Shown piece after piece: positions 9,802 through 19,850 of a stretch of 48,402 nucleotides of DNA. The stretch covers positions 1-48,402 of the forward strand of contig JACCYV010000151.1 of assembly GCA_013696305.1 (NCBI GenBank), read 5' to 3'. Source of the stretch: Nitrospira sp. (GTDB lineage: Bacteria > Nitrospirota > Nitrospiria > Nitrospirales > Nitrospiraceae). The translations under genes and the position numbers were made by a program. The notes beneath the pieces are model-generated. The model was not told where the DNA came from. It did no database searches and saw only the letters and a list, made by a program, of their open reading frames with translations. Every line of letters starts with the position of its first letter. Position 1 is the first letter of the stretch.

Positions 9802-10587
9802 TTAACACTCCCGACAGACCATCACAAGCTGGATAGCCATCAAGGCCCGCTCCAAATCGATGGGCTTGTCTAACACTTCCTGCGGGCCCAATGCCCAGGC
9901 CTCGGCCAGCAATGCGTCGTTTTGATGGCCGCTCAAAATGATCGTCCTGCCGGCATAGTCCTGTTGCGCCAGCGTCCGCAACACGTCCACGCCATTCATT
10001 TCCGGCATAACGAGATCCAGAATGAGAAGGTCGGGAGTCGATTCTGAGATCAAACGAAGGGCCTCACGACCATCTTTCGCCGAACGGACGCGATACCCGC
10101 GAAGGCTGAGAAAACGCACCAGTAGATCGCGCGCCATGACGTCGTCATCGACGACAAGGATCTGTTCGTCGGGAACCTGGTGCGCCTCCTCGACAGATCT
10201 GGATTGCATAGATGAAGCCTGCCGCCTACTCTGCTGCGCGACCCGATGCACAGCGCCAATGAGCACATCCAGTGACAGCCCCTTCCGTAGAAAATCCGTC
10301 ACACGTAACTCGCGAGCCTGATTTTCCTGCTCCTCAGTCGCTCCACCCCCAAGAATGATGACACCGGCACAGGGGTCGTGCGTTCGAATTTCTTTGAGCA
10401 CGGCCAATCCATCCATTTCCGGCATGCGTAAATCGATGAGCGTGACCACAGGACGAAGTTGCCGAAACGACGCCACCCCCGCTTGCCCGCTGGTGGCCGT
10501 GGTGACCTGATAGCCTTGACGGGCCAAGGCCACCTGCAACAGGTCACAGTGCAGTCGATCGTCGTCGATGACCAGTAATGTGCTCAT
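9802..10587 (-). CDS. Response regulator made of two receiver domains, no output domain
   Basis: LLVIDDD...LIDLRMPEMDG...FLRKG and ILVVDDD...ILDLVMPEMNG...VLDKP; GAAGAAAGGA upstream of the ATG. Confidence 0.9.
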   Translation of the reverse strand: MSTLLVIDDDRLHCDLLQVALARQGYQVTTATSGQAGVASFRQLRPVVTLIDLRMPEMDGLAVLKEIRTHDPCAGVIILGGGATEEQENQARELRVTDFLRKGLSLDVLIGAVHRVAQQSRRQASSMQSRSVEEAHQVPDEQILVVDDDVMARDLLVRFLSLRGYRVRSAKDGREALRLISESTPDLLILDLVMPEMNGVDVLRTLAQQDYAGRTIILSGHQNDALLAEAWALGPQEVLDKPIDLERALMAIQLVMVCREC

Positions 10588-10692
10588 CCTTTCTTCCTAC
10601 CTGTTCTCGCAACAAACGCCAGAGCTTCTGTCTCGTAGCACATACGCAAAGCCTAGCATGGGCCTGAAGAGAGGAGAAGAAATTGCACGAAA

Positions 10693-10719
10693 GCATCGGC
10701 CATGAACCAAGGACCATTA
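10693..10719 (-). promoter_or_regulatory. Possible sigma28 (FliA)-type promoter for the tandem-receiver gene
   Basis: Minus strand TAAT-N15-GCCGATGC versus consensus TAAA-N15-GCCGATAA. Confidence 0.3.
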
Positions 10720-10733
10720 TCGCTAATGCGAAA

Positions 10734-11651
10734 TTAAAATAACGCCTCGACAAACGCTTGGGCATTGAAGTCTTGCAGATCATCCACAGATTCCCCGACG
10801 CCGATCAGACGGACTGGAATCTTCAATGTATCGGCAATGGCCACGACGATGCCTCCCCGCGCCGTGCCATCCAATTTGGTCAGAGCGATACCGGTCACGC
10901 CTACCGCCTCGTGGAATTGCCTCGCTTGGGCGATGGCATTCTGCCCGACCGTGGCATCCAGCACCAAGAGCACTTCATGAGGCGCGCCCTGACACTCTTG
11001 CGCGACAACGCGTTTGATCTTCCGCAACTCATCCATGAGGTTGGTTTTGGTATGCAGTCGCCCCGCGGTATCGATGAGGACCACATCGGACCCGCGCGCT
11101 TTCGCAGCTGTCATTCCGTCATAGGCCACTGCGGCCGGATCGGCACCCGGTCGATGGCGGATCACTTCCACCTGGATGCGGTCCGCCCACACCTGCAATT
11201 GATCAATCGCCGCGGCCCGAAAGGTATCGCCGGCCACGAGCAAGGGGGTTTTCCCCTGTTGACAAAAACGCTGTGTGAGTTTCGCGACCGTCGTGGTCTT
11301 GCCGACGCCATTCACCCCAACGGCCAAAATTACAAACGGGCGAGGGCCTTGCGCCACCAGTTGTTCCATCGAAGCAGATTGTGCCGGAAGTAGAATATCC
11401 AGCACGGATTGCCGCAGAAGGTCTCGCACTTTCTCTGCAGACGAGAAGTTCCCTCCCCGCATCTGCGCATGCAAATGCTCCATGACGCGTTCCACAACAG
11501 GCAGGCCAAGGTCCGCACCGATTAAAGCTACCTCCAACTCGTCGAGGAGGGCCGGATCAGCTGCTCTCCCAAGGAGCCGGTCTAGTTGTTCCGTCACCGC
11601 ATCGCGCGTTTTTGAAAGCCCAGAACTCAGTTTCTGAAGCCACCCCACCAA
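10734..11651 (-). CDS. ftsY: Signal recognition particle receptor FtsY
   Basis: GVNGVGKTTT, DTFRAAA, DTAGRLH, DATVGQN, TKLDGTARGG. Confidence 0.97.
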   Translation of the reverse strand: MVGWLQKLSSGLSKTRDAVTEQLDRLLGRAADPALLDELEVALIGADLGLPVVERVMEHLHAQMRGGNFSSAEKVRDLLRQSVLDILLPAQSASMEQLVAQGPRPFVILAVGVNGVGKTTTVAKLTQRFCQQGKTPLLVAGDTFRAAAIDQLQVWADRIQVEVIRHRPGADPAAVAYDGMTAAKARGSDVVLIDTAGRLHTKTNLMDELRKIKRVVAQECQGAPHEVLLVLDATVGQNAIAQARQFHEAVGVTGIALTKLDGTARGGIVVAIADTLKIPVRLIGVGESVDDLQDFNAQAFVEALF

Positions 11652-11704
11652 TCACCTCTTTTTTTTCTGAGGAGCAAGTCGCCCGACGCTGAGATCAGGT
11701 CGTA

Positions 11705-12175
11705 TCATACCCGACCCGAATCACGTGACACCAATAGCGGTGGGATAGGACCGATGCGCAGAAGCACCCCCCGTTCCCGCCTGAGCATTCGTTGCGCCTC
11801 GCTCTCGCCTCGTTCATGATCGTACCCGCATAGATGCAATATGCCATGAATTAAAAGCACCACCAGTTCATGATCGATGCCCTGCTGATGGTGACGTGCT
11901 TGGCGGATGGCTTGAGGTAATGAAATGACTACATCCCCGAGAAGAGGAGAGCGAGGCCCGGGCGCCTCCCGAAGGGCAAAAGCCAGCACATCCGTCGTTT
12001 TGTCTCGATGACGAAATGTACGATTTAAACGGCGCATTCGATCATCGCCCACGACTTCGAGGCTGAGAAGCGCCTTAGCTTCACCCACTGATTGAAGGAT
12101 ATGGTCGGTTAATTTTTTAAGGGCACCGAGGCGAATCTGCCACCTCGTTAGCCGCATGCCGATCACCACCGGCAT
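11705..12175 (-). CDS. ybeY: rRNA maturation endoribonuclease YbeY
   Basis: LNRTFRHRDKTTDVLAF, LGDVVIS, HGILHLCGYDH; TAATG coupling to phoH. Confidence 0.95.
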   Translation of the reverse strand: MPVVIGMRLTRWQIRLGALKKLTDHILQSVGEAKALLSLEVVGDDRMRRLNRTFRHRDKTTDVLAFALREAPGPRSPLLGDVVISLPQAIRQARHHQQGIDHELVVLLIHGILHLCGYDHERGESEAQRMLRRERGVLLRIGPIPPLLVSRDSGRV

Positions 12176-13263
12176 TAATGCGGCTGGCCCTTCAAATCTG
12201 TCGAGGGAAAGGTGGGGCGAGCAGTCTTGGAATCCGGATGATGGCCCTTCGCCTGTGCCACGCTCTTTTTTGGCAAGGCAGAGTTCGAGGGACCGGCCGT
12301 ATGGCGGTCATAAGCCTTAATGATTTCCTGAACGAGTCGATGCCGCACGACATCTCGTTCATCGAAATAGACAAATTCAATACCGGCGATGTCCTGCAGG
12401 ATATCGCGCACCTCAATGAGTCCCGAAACACGATCGGACGGTAGATCGATCTGCGTGATGTCCCCCGTCACAACGGCTTTCGAGTGAAAGCCTAGGCGGG
12501 TGAGGAACATTTTCATTTGTTCGGCGGTCGCATTTTGAGCTTCGTCCAAAATCACGAATGAATCGTTGAGCGTGCGTCCTCGCATGAATGCGAGCGGCGC
12601 AATCTCAATATCCCCTCGCTCGATCAGACGGTTGGCTCGTTCCATATCCATCATATCGAACAAGGCATCGTACAGCGGACGGAGGTACGGATTGATCTTG
12701 GCATACATGTCTCCGGGGAGATACCCGAGTTTCTCTCCAGCTTCCACAGCTGGACGGGCAAGAATAATGCGGCTAACGTCCTTCTTCATCAGTGCACTCA
12801 CCGCCATGGCCATCGCCAAGTAAGTTTTGCCTGTTCCCGCAGGACCAATACCGATCACAATATCGTGCTTTTCGATTGCGTCGAGGTAACATTTCTGGGT
12901 GGGAGTTTTGGGGACGATGAATCGCTTCTTGGTGACGATCGGAGAGGCACTAAACAGAAGCTCTTTGAGTGAGGCGTCCTGGTTGTGTCGCAGTGCAGTC
13001 AGCGCATGGGTCACATCGTCCGGCCTCAGATCGTACCCTTCGTTTGTCAGCGAGGCCAGTTCATTGAGTACTCGTTCCGCCTGTTTCACGGCATCGGACG
13101 TACCCTCGACCGTCACTTCTTCGCCCCGCGCCGAGAAGCGCACCCCGAACTCTTCCTCCAATAGTTTGAGGTGGCGATCGTGGTGGCCAAAGAGGGCTGC
13201 GGTATTTGTACCTTCCCGTAGTTTGATCTTGCGCACGCCGGTGTCGGAAACTCCCTTCGCCAA
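12175..13263 (-). CDS. phoH: PhoH-like ATPase (YbeZ type)
   Basis: GPAGTGKTYLA, RPAVEAGEKLGYLPGD, LAFMRGRTL, ILDEAQN, TGDITQIDLP. The start may be GTG at 13236. Confidence 0.95.
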   Translation of the reverse strand: MAKGVSDTGVRKIKLREGTNTAALFGHHDRHLKLLEEEFGVRFSARGEEVTVEGTSDAVKQAERVLNELASLTNEGYDLRPDDVTHALTALRHNQDASLKELLFSASPIVTKKRFIVPKTPTQKCYLDAIEKHDIVIGIGPAGTGKTYLAMAMAVSALMKKDVSRIILARPAVEAGEKLGYLPGDMYAKINPYLRPLYDALFDMMDMERANRLIERGDIEIAPLAFMRGRTLNDSFVILDEAQNATAEQMKMFLTRLGFHSKAVVTGDITQIDLPSDRVSGLIEVRDILQDIAGIEFVYFDERDVVRHRLVQEIIKAYDRHTAGPSNSALPKKSVAQAKGHHPDSKTARPTFPSTDLKGQPH

Positions 13264-13276
13264 GACGATAGTAAGA

Positions 13277-13306
13277 TTCTAACAAAACGGGAAAGTCAGG
13301 AACAAG
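13277..13306 (-). promoter_or_regulatory. sigma70-type promoter for phoH-ybeY-ftsY
   Basis: Minus strand TTGTTC-N18-TAGAAT with an extended -10 TG. Confidence 0.5.
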
Positions 13307-13351
13307 ATCGACAGGGGGGCGATTGAAAAATAAGAAAAGCTCTCGGCCAGG

Positions 13352-14350
13352 CTACCCTTGAGACCGCGGAGGAGTCGTGGACTGAACCGTGGAAGGAATC
13401 GAGACTTCAAACTCCTGCCATGCCACACCGCCCTGACCGTCATCCGCCACGACCTTGACGCGGTGGGTACCGGCTACGCCCGTCGTTACATTCCAGCTCA
13501 CTTGCCCCGTTAGCTTGTCAATGGTCATGCCAGGAGGCGCTGTCTCCAGCCCATAGGTGACACTATCTCCATCGACATCCTTGCCTTGAACGAAATACTC
13601 GTATCGTTCTCTATTTGTTAGTGCCGCCGGACTCGAAATAATCTGCGGCGGTGAATTACCCAGGACGATCGGCGTTGAGCGAACAGGCAGGGCCGCCCCC
13701 TCCTGATCCCGAGCGATCACTTCGACTGCCACAATGTCCTTTCGACCAAAACCGGTGATGTCGAGGCCACTGTCCTCGCCTTCCCTCACTTGTTTGTCGT
13801 TACGCCACCAGCGGTACGTGTAGTGAATCTCATCATGATCAGGATCGTCGGCATCGACCCTGGCAAGAACCCGGTTACCCCTGACAGGCAAATCTGACTC
13901 GATCGTCACATGTGCGACGAGAGGCGGAGTATTCACCACCGTGACCGACTCGGTGCGATAAGGAGCACTGTCCGCCTGGCCATCCGACGCAATCACCTCA
14001 AGCGCAACCTGGTCGCCTCGCTTTAGATGCTCCGGCTTCAGTTCGAAATCCGTTGCACCTAGTACGGGAGCGCCGTTCACAATCCATTGAAATCGCTTGG
14101 TGAGCTCGGTTCTATCAGGATCATCAGCCGCAACGTGTGCGGTAATAGGTCCAGCTAAAGTGAGAGGGAAGGGAACGATGGTGACAAGGCGAACCGTGGG
14201 GGGGTGGTTGTTCTTCGTACCACCTCCGGCAACGGACCCGTCTTGAGGAGAAGACGAACAACTCCAGAGAGCAACAACCGCGAGGGCCACAAACCCCAGA
14301 CGAAGCACCAAAGGAAAGGCGAGGGAATGAAGTCCGCCCACCCTCCCCAT
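13352..14350 (-). CDS. Putative lipoprotein with three Ig/cadherin-like repeats
   Basis: Hydrophobic signal ending ALWS-C; three ~90-aa beta-rich repeats starting NHPP, NTPP and NSPP with DxD motifs; the last repeat has PPGMTIDKLTGQVSW (putative Ig domain). Confidence 0.78.
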   Translation of the reverse strand: MGRVGGLHSLAFPLVLRLGFVALAVVALWSCSSSPQDGSVAGGGTKNNHPPTVRLVTIVPFPLTLAGPITAHVAADDPDRTELTKRFQWIVNGAPVLGATDFELKPEHLKRGDQVALEVIASDGQADSAPYRTESVTVVNTPPLVAHVTIESDLPVRGNRVLARVDADDPDHDEIHYTYRWWRNDKQVREGEDSGLDITGFGRKDIVAVEVIARDQEGAALPVRSTPIVLGNSPPQIISSPAALTNRERYEYFVQGKDVDGDSVTYGLETAPPGMTIDKLTGQVSWNVTTGVAGTHRVKVVADDGQGGVAWQEFEVSIPSTVQSTTPPRSQG

Positions 14351-14373
14351 TGGTACACATCCTAATTTCTTCG

Positions 14374-17300
14374 TCACATGTTCGTCCATGAGAAATACCG
14401 ACTTCGTGGATCAATAGCGACATTGGCCCCGATGCTCGATCCGGGAAGTCCTCCTGGCGATCCTCCACCAAGTCCACATGTGGCACAATCGCCGAAATTT
14501 CCTTGGCTCATATTGATCAAGAGCCCGAACGGACTGCCGCCATCCCGACCGGAGCCCATATGCACGACAATGCCAAAGGCCAAGCCCTCTCCAAGTGAAC
14601 CGAATTTATTCACCGTTTGGTTCGCGCCCGATGCAGCAGTCCCAATGATCGGCTCTTGATATGCACTGCCGGTTTTGTAGTAGAGCGCCCAGAGTCGGCT
14701 CGTCCCGGATGAGACGCAAATGTCGTTCACCGGGATAAATGTCGGGAAAAATACTACCCCTCCAAACACCGTCGGGCTGCTCACTGCCCGTTCACCAATT
14801 CCGTAGGGGAGAGGTTGAGACGGCGGGTTGGCCGGTTCGACCAGTTTAGTCACCCAGCCGTCCTTGCTCTGCACCAGTCCGATCAGACCGGTAAATGTCG
14901 TTGCGCCGGTAACTCCTGAAACCTGAGTGGTCCCGCTCGCTAGCCCACAATCGCCGACTCCCACCACACAGACTGTGGCACTCGACACATCGACGAGATC
15001 GTTTTCCATGCAATTCACGGCGCTGATTGTTTGATTGCAACCCGCGTTCAGCACAGAGTCTTTCAGCCCTACAAAGTATTGGGTCGATACATCGGTCTTA
15101 TCCGATTTGCTGTAGTAGCGGCCGCTACCCGCAAAAACCCACACATTCGCAGCATCATCCACTGTAACGGATGGGGCAGTCGCCACCGGGCCCATCTCAG
15201 CCCCGGACAGAAACGTGTCCAACATCTCGGTGGGAACGCGATTACTTCCCGAAGAAATGCCCCACAGCGTGGGACTGGTCACAGTGCCAAACTTAGCGGT
15301 AACGCCCCCTGCTCCCATGGTCAAACGATATATTTTCCCACGCCATGGCGGCGTACCGTCATTGATAACTCCTCCGAAGTAGATGACGTCGTGACGATAA
15401 TCGAGGTCCCTATCAAAGGCCGTCATGTCACCGATGTAAGAGTTTAATGTTCCCACCGGTAACGATGTCACCAGACTATTGCTGCTGCCAGGGCCGGTCG
15501 CCAGGTCGAGAACAAACAGTTTTGCACTTTGCACGGCGCTGGCATCGTACCCGGTCGGGCCAGAGCCCACCACCATGTACCATTTGGCGTTCGTGTTGTT
15601 GGCTTTGGCATCGCCCGCTGGATTCACACGGACAACGGCCGGCACGCTGGTGGTCAATCCCAAGTCGGGACTGCTGAATGACCAGAGCAGTTTCGGAGCA
15701 TCGGGATTGGTGATATCCATCGCGAAGTAGGAGCTGTAAAATTTATAGGGCGTCCCACTGATTGTAACCGTCATCGGTGGGGCGCCGTTCGCGGCCGTAC
15801 AGGCTCCGCAACTCCCGCCCATTCGGAATCCACCGATCAGAATAGTGCCCCAGCCGTTCGGATGGTCGGCGTCCGGTGTGAATGTCCGCACATCGGCCAC
15901 CTTGAGAGGCAGATCGACATAGTAGGCATGTTGGTAATCAGCGCGAATCAAAAACTCCAGCTGCGGAAGAAGTTCATAGGGGATGAAGCCCCACGACTCC
16001 TCCCCCAACGGAGCCCCTGTGGAATTGTCCGCCGGAGCCGTCGTAAACCAACCATGTTCGGTGGTATTGGCAGGAGCCGAGCCGCTTGTATCATCGCCCG
16101 GGTGATAATAGCCCGCGTTGAACGCATGCAGCATGCCATCGTTTCCGCCCACGTAGGCGACCTGCCGGCGATTGTACCACCGCTGGAGGAAGGCCGAATA
16201 ACTCTGATCTCCATAAATGGCGTCGTGGCGATCTCTAGGGCCTGCGACCACCGTTGGTGTTGAGTGGATGACATCTCCAAGCTTCCACACTTTCAAGGTT
16301 CCGCTTCCGGACGGCACTTGGAGACGACGGTCCCGTGTTCCGGCCTGTTCCGCGCAGGTTGCCGCATCGCAGCCCCGCACAAAGTTGATGATCTTGGCTC
16401 CCTCGGCACTCGACGTCGCACGCAGGTATGGCCGCAGTGTCGACTCGTTGGCGGTCGTGAAGGCGATCTGTTCTCCGGAATCAACCACCCCGTCGTGATC
16501 CGAGTCGACCCAGGTGAGGATGGTTCGGGTTGACGCATCCTTTAAGGCCAGCTGCTTGCCGGCTTCCCATATCGGAAGTATGTCACTCAACAATTTCCCG
16601 CAGGGATTACAATCCGCGACCGTTACTTGGTTGTCGCCATTCTGATCGTTCGGCAATCCATCGCCATCACTATCGACGTACTTATCTACCTTCACTGAAT
16701 TCGACAGCGCATCAAACCGGGTCTTAATAATCCTATCGACTTTGTAATCGAGTCGGCCATCCTGATTCGTATCCTCGCGGGTATTTCCAAAGGTATCGAT
16801 GAACAGAGACTGTGTATAGCCCGTCCACTTCACATCACCGAGCGTGGACGGTTCGATGGTGCTGGGATAGAAGTACGACTGATACAATGCACCTTCACCC
16901 GTCGAAGCGGTAGCCAGCACGGACACGGAGGAACCAGATGCGCTACGTCTGAGAATACTTGCAATCGTCGCAAGGAGCTTATCTTGAAGGTCGTCCACAT
17001 TGGAGGATTCGAAATAGGCATCAGGAATGCCGTCCGGGGTTGAAGCTCCGGTGATATTGTTTTCCTTATCCCATTCGCCGGTTTGTGGAATACCGTCGCC
17101 ATTCGAATCCTCAAACCCACCTAACCGGGCAGTTTGGGCTAAGATCCCGCGACCGTTGATATTTCCGAATGCAAAAAATGAGTATACGGTCACATTTTGA
17201 GTACCGGGTATGCAGTGCCCCGTTACCGCCAAACCCGCAATCGTGCCGTCGGCCGTACCATTACAAGGGCGCAGATCGCTCGTGTGGGCCCAATAGGCCA

Positions 17301-18789
17301 CGTCATCCAAATAGTGGCTTCCGTTATCGGCATAGTCAGTTTTGTGCTCCGCGAGAAAATCGCTGAATGGTGTCGCAGCATGTGAATTGCAAGTCCCGTT
17401 GGTAGGACGTGGCGGTGCGGCGCCATCACTCCCGGTGCAGTGCTGTCCATGATGGGTATGTCCATAGTCTTGAATGGCGGACGGCACATTCTGATCCTCG
17501 GTCGGTTCTCCGTCTGTGAAGATAATGACGAACGTTCGACAGCAATTCACCACCTGGGAAGAAGACGCCCACGGAGGCGTATGGTTTTTCCCGAAGAAGT
17601 ACGGGTCGCGGCCACAGGCATTCGTGATATACCCTGCAGGGCAACTTTCCCCTCCGCCAAGCGCCGTCAATTCGCTCGTGCCTATCGAGCCGGCACCATT
17701 CGTCGCAAAATTGACCCCATTGGAAATTCCACCGGCAAACGCGATCGGATAGATATAGCCTGTTGTAAATGTGGATTTGATTTGAGCGACATATCGCGCG
17801 GTTTCATACAGAGACTCACTGAGGGGTGTCCATGTAGAAGGAAAGGACTCCTGCACCGCATCCACCATAGCCGCCATGTTGGTATTGAAAGTCTCCACCC
17901 CGGAGCCAGACCAATCGATGGACTGGCGAGAACCAGCACCGACCAACATCCGTGCTCCCTCACTGTTGGATTTAAACTCGACCAGACCAAATCGTGCTTT
18001 GCTTCCGATTTGTTGGATCACGCCGGTCGGTTCGGCGACATATCCGACCTTGAGTTCATACTTTCTGAGGCTGTACGAATCGGTACAATTATTATCGAGG
18101 CTCGTGTCGTTATCGACGCAAAAATATGCGGTCGACACCCCAATTGAAATCGTCGCAGGATTTCCGCTCCTGTCGGCCGATGGTATCCGCCCCACATAGG
18201 TATTCAAGCCGCTGCCCCCTCCATAGTTGACGTCGGCCCGCTCGCCACTCACTCCACTAGCTTGGGCCAGCACGGTCTTGAGCGCCGGCGTTCCGTTGGC
18301 GGGACACGTTCCATCTGAAGCTCTGGCCACAAAACAGTCACCCCCGATCATCGCTTTCTTCACTGCATCGAACCGACGTAACGTCGCCCAATTCAAAAAA
18401 TTACCATCCCATTCGGTGTTCGGACAGGCCGTCGCCAAAGTGGCCTTTGCCGCTCCGTCTTCAAATCTGGTGTCGCTGGTGTCGTAGACATAACATCTTA
18501 AGGGATCGAAATAGCCGGAATACCGTGTGGTATTTGTCCAGGTCGTCGTCGTGGAAGTTGATCCATCCGACAGCGTTCCACAGGACGTCGATTCACAAGC
18601 CCGATTACTCATACTGCCGGAGTTATCCATTAGGATAATGATGTTGGGAGTTGTCGCATTGGAGACGAACGGAGGGACTGCGGTATAGTCGGCATTGGAG
18701 ACGATCGCACCAGCATCGCCGGATACGAACAGTGCCGGACTCATACAACTGGCCACGATCGTCAACGCAGCAAGGGTTCGGCGATTCAT
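14374..18789 (-). CDS. pilY1: Type IV pilus tip adhesin PilY1/PilC, 1471 aa, with N-terminal vWA-like domain
   Basis: Signal peptide; MDNSGSM and IFTDGEP (vWA/MIDAS-like); C-terminal propeller motifs LGDVIHSTP, YVGGNDGMLHAFNAG, WGFIPYELL, WGTILIGG; follows pilVWX. Confidence 0.92.
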   Translation of the reverse strand: MNRRTLAALTIVASCMSPALFVSGDAGAIVSNADYTAVPPFVSNATTPNIIILMDNSGSMSNRACESTSCGTLSDGSTSTTTTWTNTTRYSGYFDPLRCYVYDTSDTRFEDGAAKATLATACPNTEWDGNFLNWATLRRFDAVKKAMIGGDCFVARASDGTCPANGTPALKTVLAQASGVSGERADVNYGGGSGLNTYVGRIPSADRSGNPATISIGVSTAYFCVDNDTSLDNNCTDSYSLRKYELKVGYVAEPTGVIQQIGSKARFGLVEFKSNSEGARMLVGAGSRQSIDWSGSGVETFNTNMAAMVDAVQESFPSTWTPLSESLYETARYVAQIKSTFTTGYIYPIAFAGGISNGVNFATNGAGSIGTSELTALGGGESCPAGYITNACGRDPYFFGKNHTPPWASSSQVVNCCRTFVIIFTDGEPTEDQNVPSAIQDYGHTHHGQHCTGSDGAAPPRPTNGTCNSHAATPFSDFLAEHKTDYADNGSHYLDDVAYWAHTSDLRPCNGTADGTIAGLAVTGHCIPGTQNVTVYSFFAFGNINGRGILAQTARLGGFEDSNGDGIPQTGEWDKENNITGASTPDGIPDAYFESSNVDDLQDKLLATIASILRRSASGSSVSVLATASTGEGALYQSYFYPSTIEPSTLGDVKWTGYTQSLFIDTFGNTREDTNQDGRLDYKVDRIIKTRFDALSNSVKVDKYVDSDGDGLPNDQNGDNQVTVADCNPCGKLLSDILPIWEAGKQLALKDASTRTILTWVDSDHDGVVDSGEQIAFTTANESTLRPYLRATSSAEGAKIINFVRGCDAATCAEQAGTRDRRLQVPSGSGTLKVWKLGDVIHSTPTVVAGPRDRHDAIYGDQSYSAFLQRWYNRRQVAYVGGNDGMLHAFNAGYYHPGDDTSGSAPANTTEHGWFTTAPADNSTGAPLGEESWGFIPYELLPQLEFLIRADYQHAYYVDLPLKVADVRTFTPDADHPNGWGTILIGGFRMGGSCGACTAANGAPPMTVTISGTPYKFYSSYFAMDITNPDAPKLLWSFSSPDLGLTTSVPAVVRVNPAGDAKANNTNAKWYMVVGSGPTGYDASAVQSAKLFVLDLATGPGSSNSLVTSLPVGTLNSYIGDMTAFDRDLDYRHDVIYFGGVINDGTPPWRGKIYRLTMGAGGVTAKFGTVTSPTLWGISSGSNRVPTEMLDTFLSGAEMGPVATAPSVTVDDAANVWVFAGSGRYYSKSDKTDVSTQYFVGLKDSVLNAGCNQTISAVNCMENDLVDVSSATVCVVGVGDCGLASGTTQVSGVTGATTFTGLIGLVQSKDGWVTKLVEPANPPSQPLPYGIGERAVSSPTVFGGVVFFPTFIPVNDICVSSGTSRLWALYYKTGSAYQEPIIGTAASGANQTVNKFGSLGEGLAFGIVVHMGSGRDGGSPFGLLINMSQGNFGDCATCGLGGGSPGGLPGSSIGANVAIDPRSRYFSWTNM

Positions 18790-18866
18790 GCGTTCTTCCT
18801 CCTTATCCCAAACAGGACAACAGCCGTCGATTCTCGGCTACGAGTTGAGACAAGACCTTCCAGGCT

Positions 18867-19193
18867 CTACTGCGGCAGCTTGACCACCATCTTGTCAATG
18901 TGGCCTTCCTTCAAATGGAACTTCACGAGCGAGGTCGGAATAATCCGTTCAAGCTCTAGCGGCTCTCCTTCGTGATTCACCACGAGCACAGCAGACTTTA
19001 ATACATAACTTCGTCCATCGATCCGAATCATTGATCCTTGCATCTCATCGATCACGCCGGACTGAAAACCGGCGGTCGAAAATGGCATGGCAATTTCCGT
19101 TTGCGCGAGACTACTGGTCGGCAGAGGTGGCGCCCCCTGCATCAACATCAGCACGCCAAACGCCACCACGATGACTGTGCGATTCATCGCCAT
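18867..19193 (-). CDS. Small secreted protein, PilY2-like
   Basis: Signal peptide plus a small beta domain (GVIDEMQGSMIRIDGRSYVL); GAGGGGA RBS; lies between pilX and pilY1. Confidence 0.65.
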   Translation of the reverse strand: MAMNRTVIVVAFGVLMLMQGAPPLPTSSLAQTEIAMPFSTAGFQSGVIDEMQGSMIRIDGRSYVLKSAVLVVNHEGEPLELERIIPTSLVKFHLKEGHIDKMVVKLPQ

Positions 19194-19203
19194 ACTTCCC
19201 CTC

Positions 19204-19836
19204 TCAATTGATTTTCTTCACACATGTGTCGCCATCCAGGCATCCATAGACTGAGGTCACCGTACTATTTGAACCGGTCGCAGGATTGCTCGCCATGCAG
19301 GTAATCCGGTACACATGCTCGGTCGCCGGCACCCCTGTTCCCTGCCCGTTCTTAGAATGCGAGTAGAGGAGATCGATGTCGCCGTTGACGGTAAAGCCAG
19401 GAAGATTCGTCATCACAAAATTCGGGGCTGTATTCCCAGTATCCGAAAAGTTGACGGCCGGCGTATTCGCTGGAGCAGGTGACGGAAGATCGTATCCATA
19501 AATCTCACTGTACAGCGTCGAGGCGTTCGCGGCAGGCACCGGACCCACCGGCGCCACAAATGAGGCTGGCAACACCCCTGGAGCCGTCAGCGTTTGCTGA
19601 ATAATATTGGCGGCAAGACCCTCGCACGAATCTGCTGCCGCCACCACCGCTTCAGTGGTACGAAAAAATCCCGCCATTCGACTCTCCATACTGGTCACTG
19701 TAATGGAGGCAATTCCAAGTACGGTCAAGATCAACAACATGAGAAGCACTGTGAGCAACGCAATACCTTGCTCGCCCTTCAATCTGGTCAACTCATGTCC
19801 GTTCCCGATACCGATTCTTTTCTGCCGCAGATTCAT
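19204..19836 (-). CDS. pilX: Minor pilin PilX
   Basis: EQG|IALLTVLLMLLILTVLG class III signal lacking Glu5, as is typical for PilX; ESRMAG. Confidence 0.88.
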   Translation of the reverse strand: MNLRQKRIGIGNGHELTRLKGEQGIALLTVLLMLLILTVLGIASITVTSMESRMAGFFRTTEAVVAAADSCEGLAANIIQQTLTAPGVLPASFVAPVGPVPAANASTLYSEIYGYDLPSPAPANTPAVNFSDTGNTAPNFVMTNLPGFTVNGDIDLLYSHSKNGQGTGVPATEHVYRITCMASNPATGSNSTVTSVYGCLDGDTCVKKIN

Positions 19837-19850
19837 CGCTCAATCTCTCG

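Noticed and set aside
10648-10665. GG-N10-GC upstream of the response regulator as a sigma54 promoter
   Set aside because: Lacks the GGCAC and TTGC context.
14374-18789. Heme c binding in PilY1 (CxxC motifs)
   Set aside because: None of the CxxC motifs is followed by His, so there is no CxxCH.
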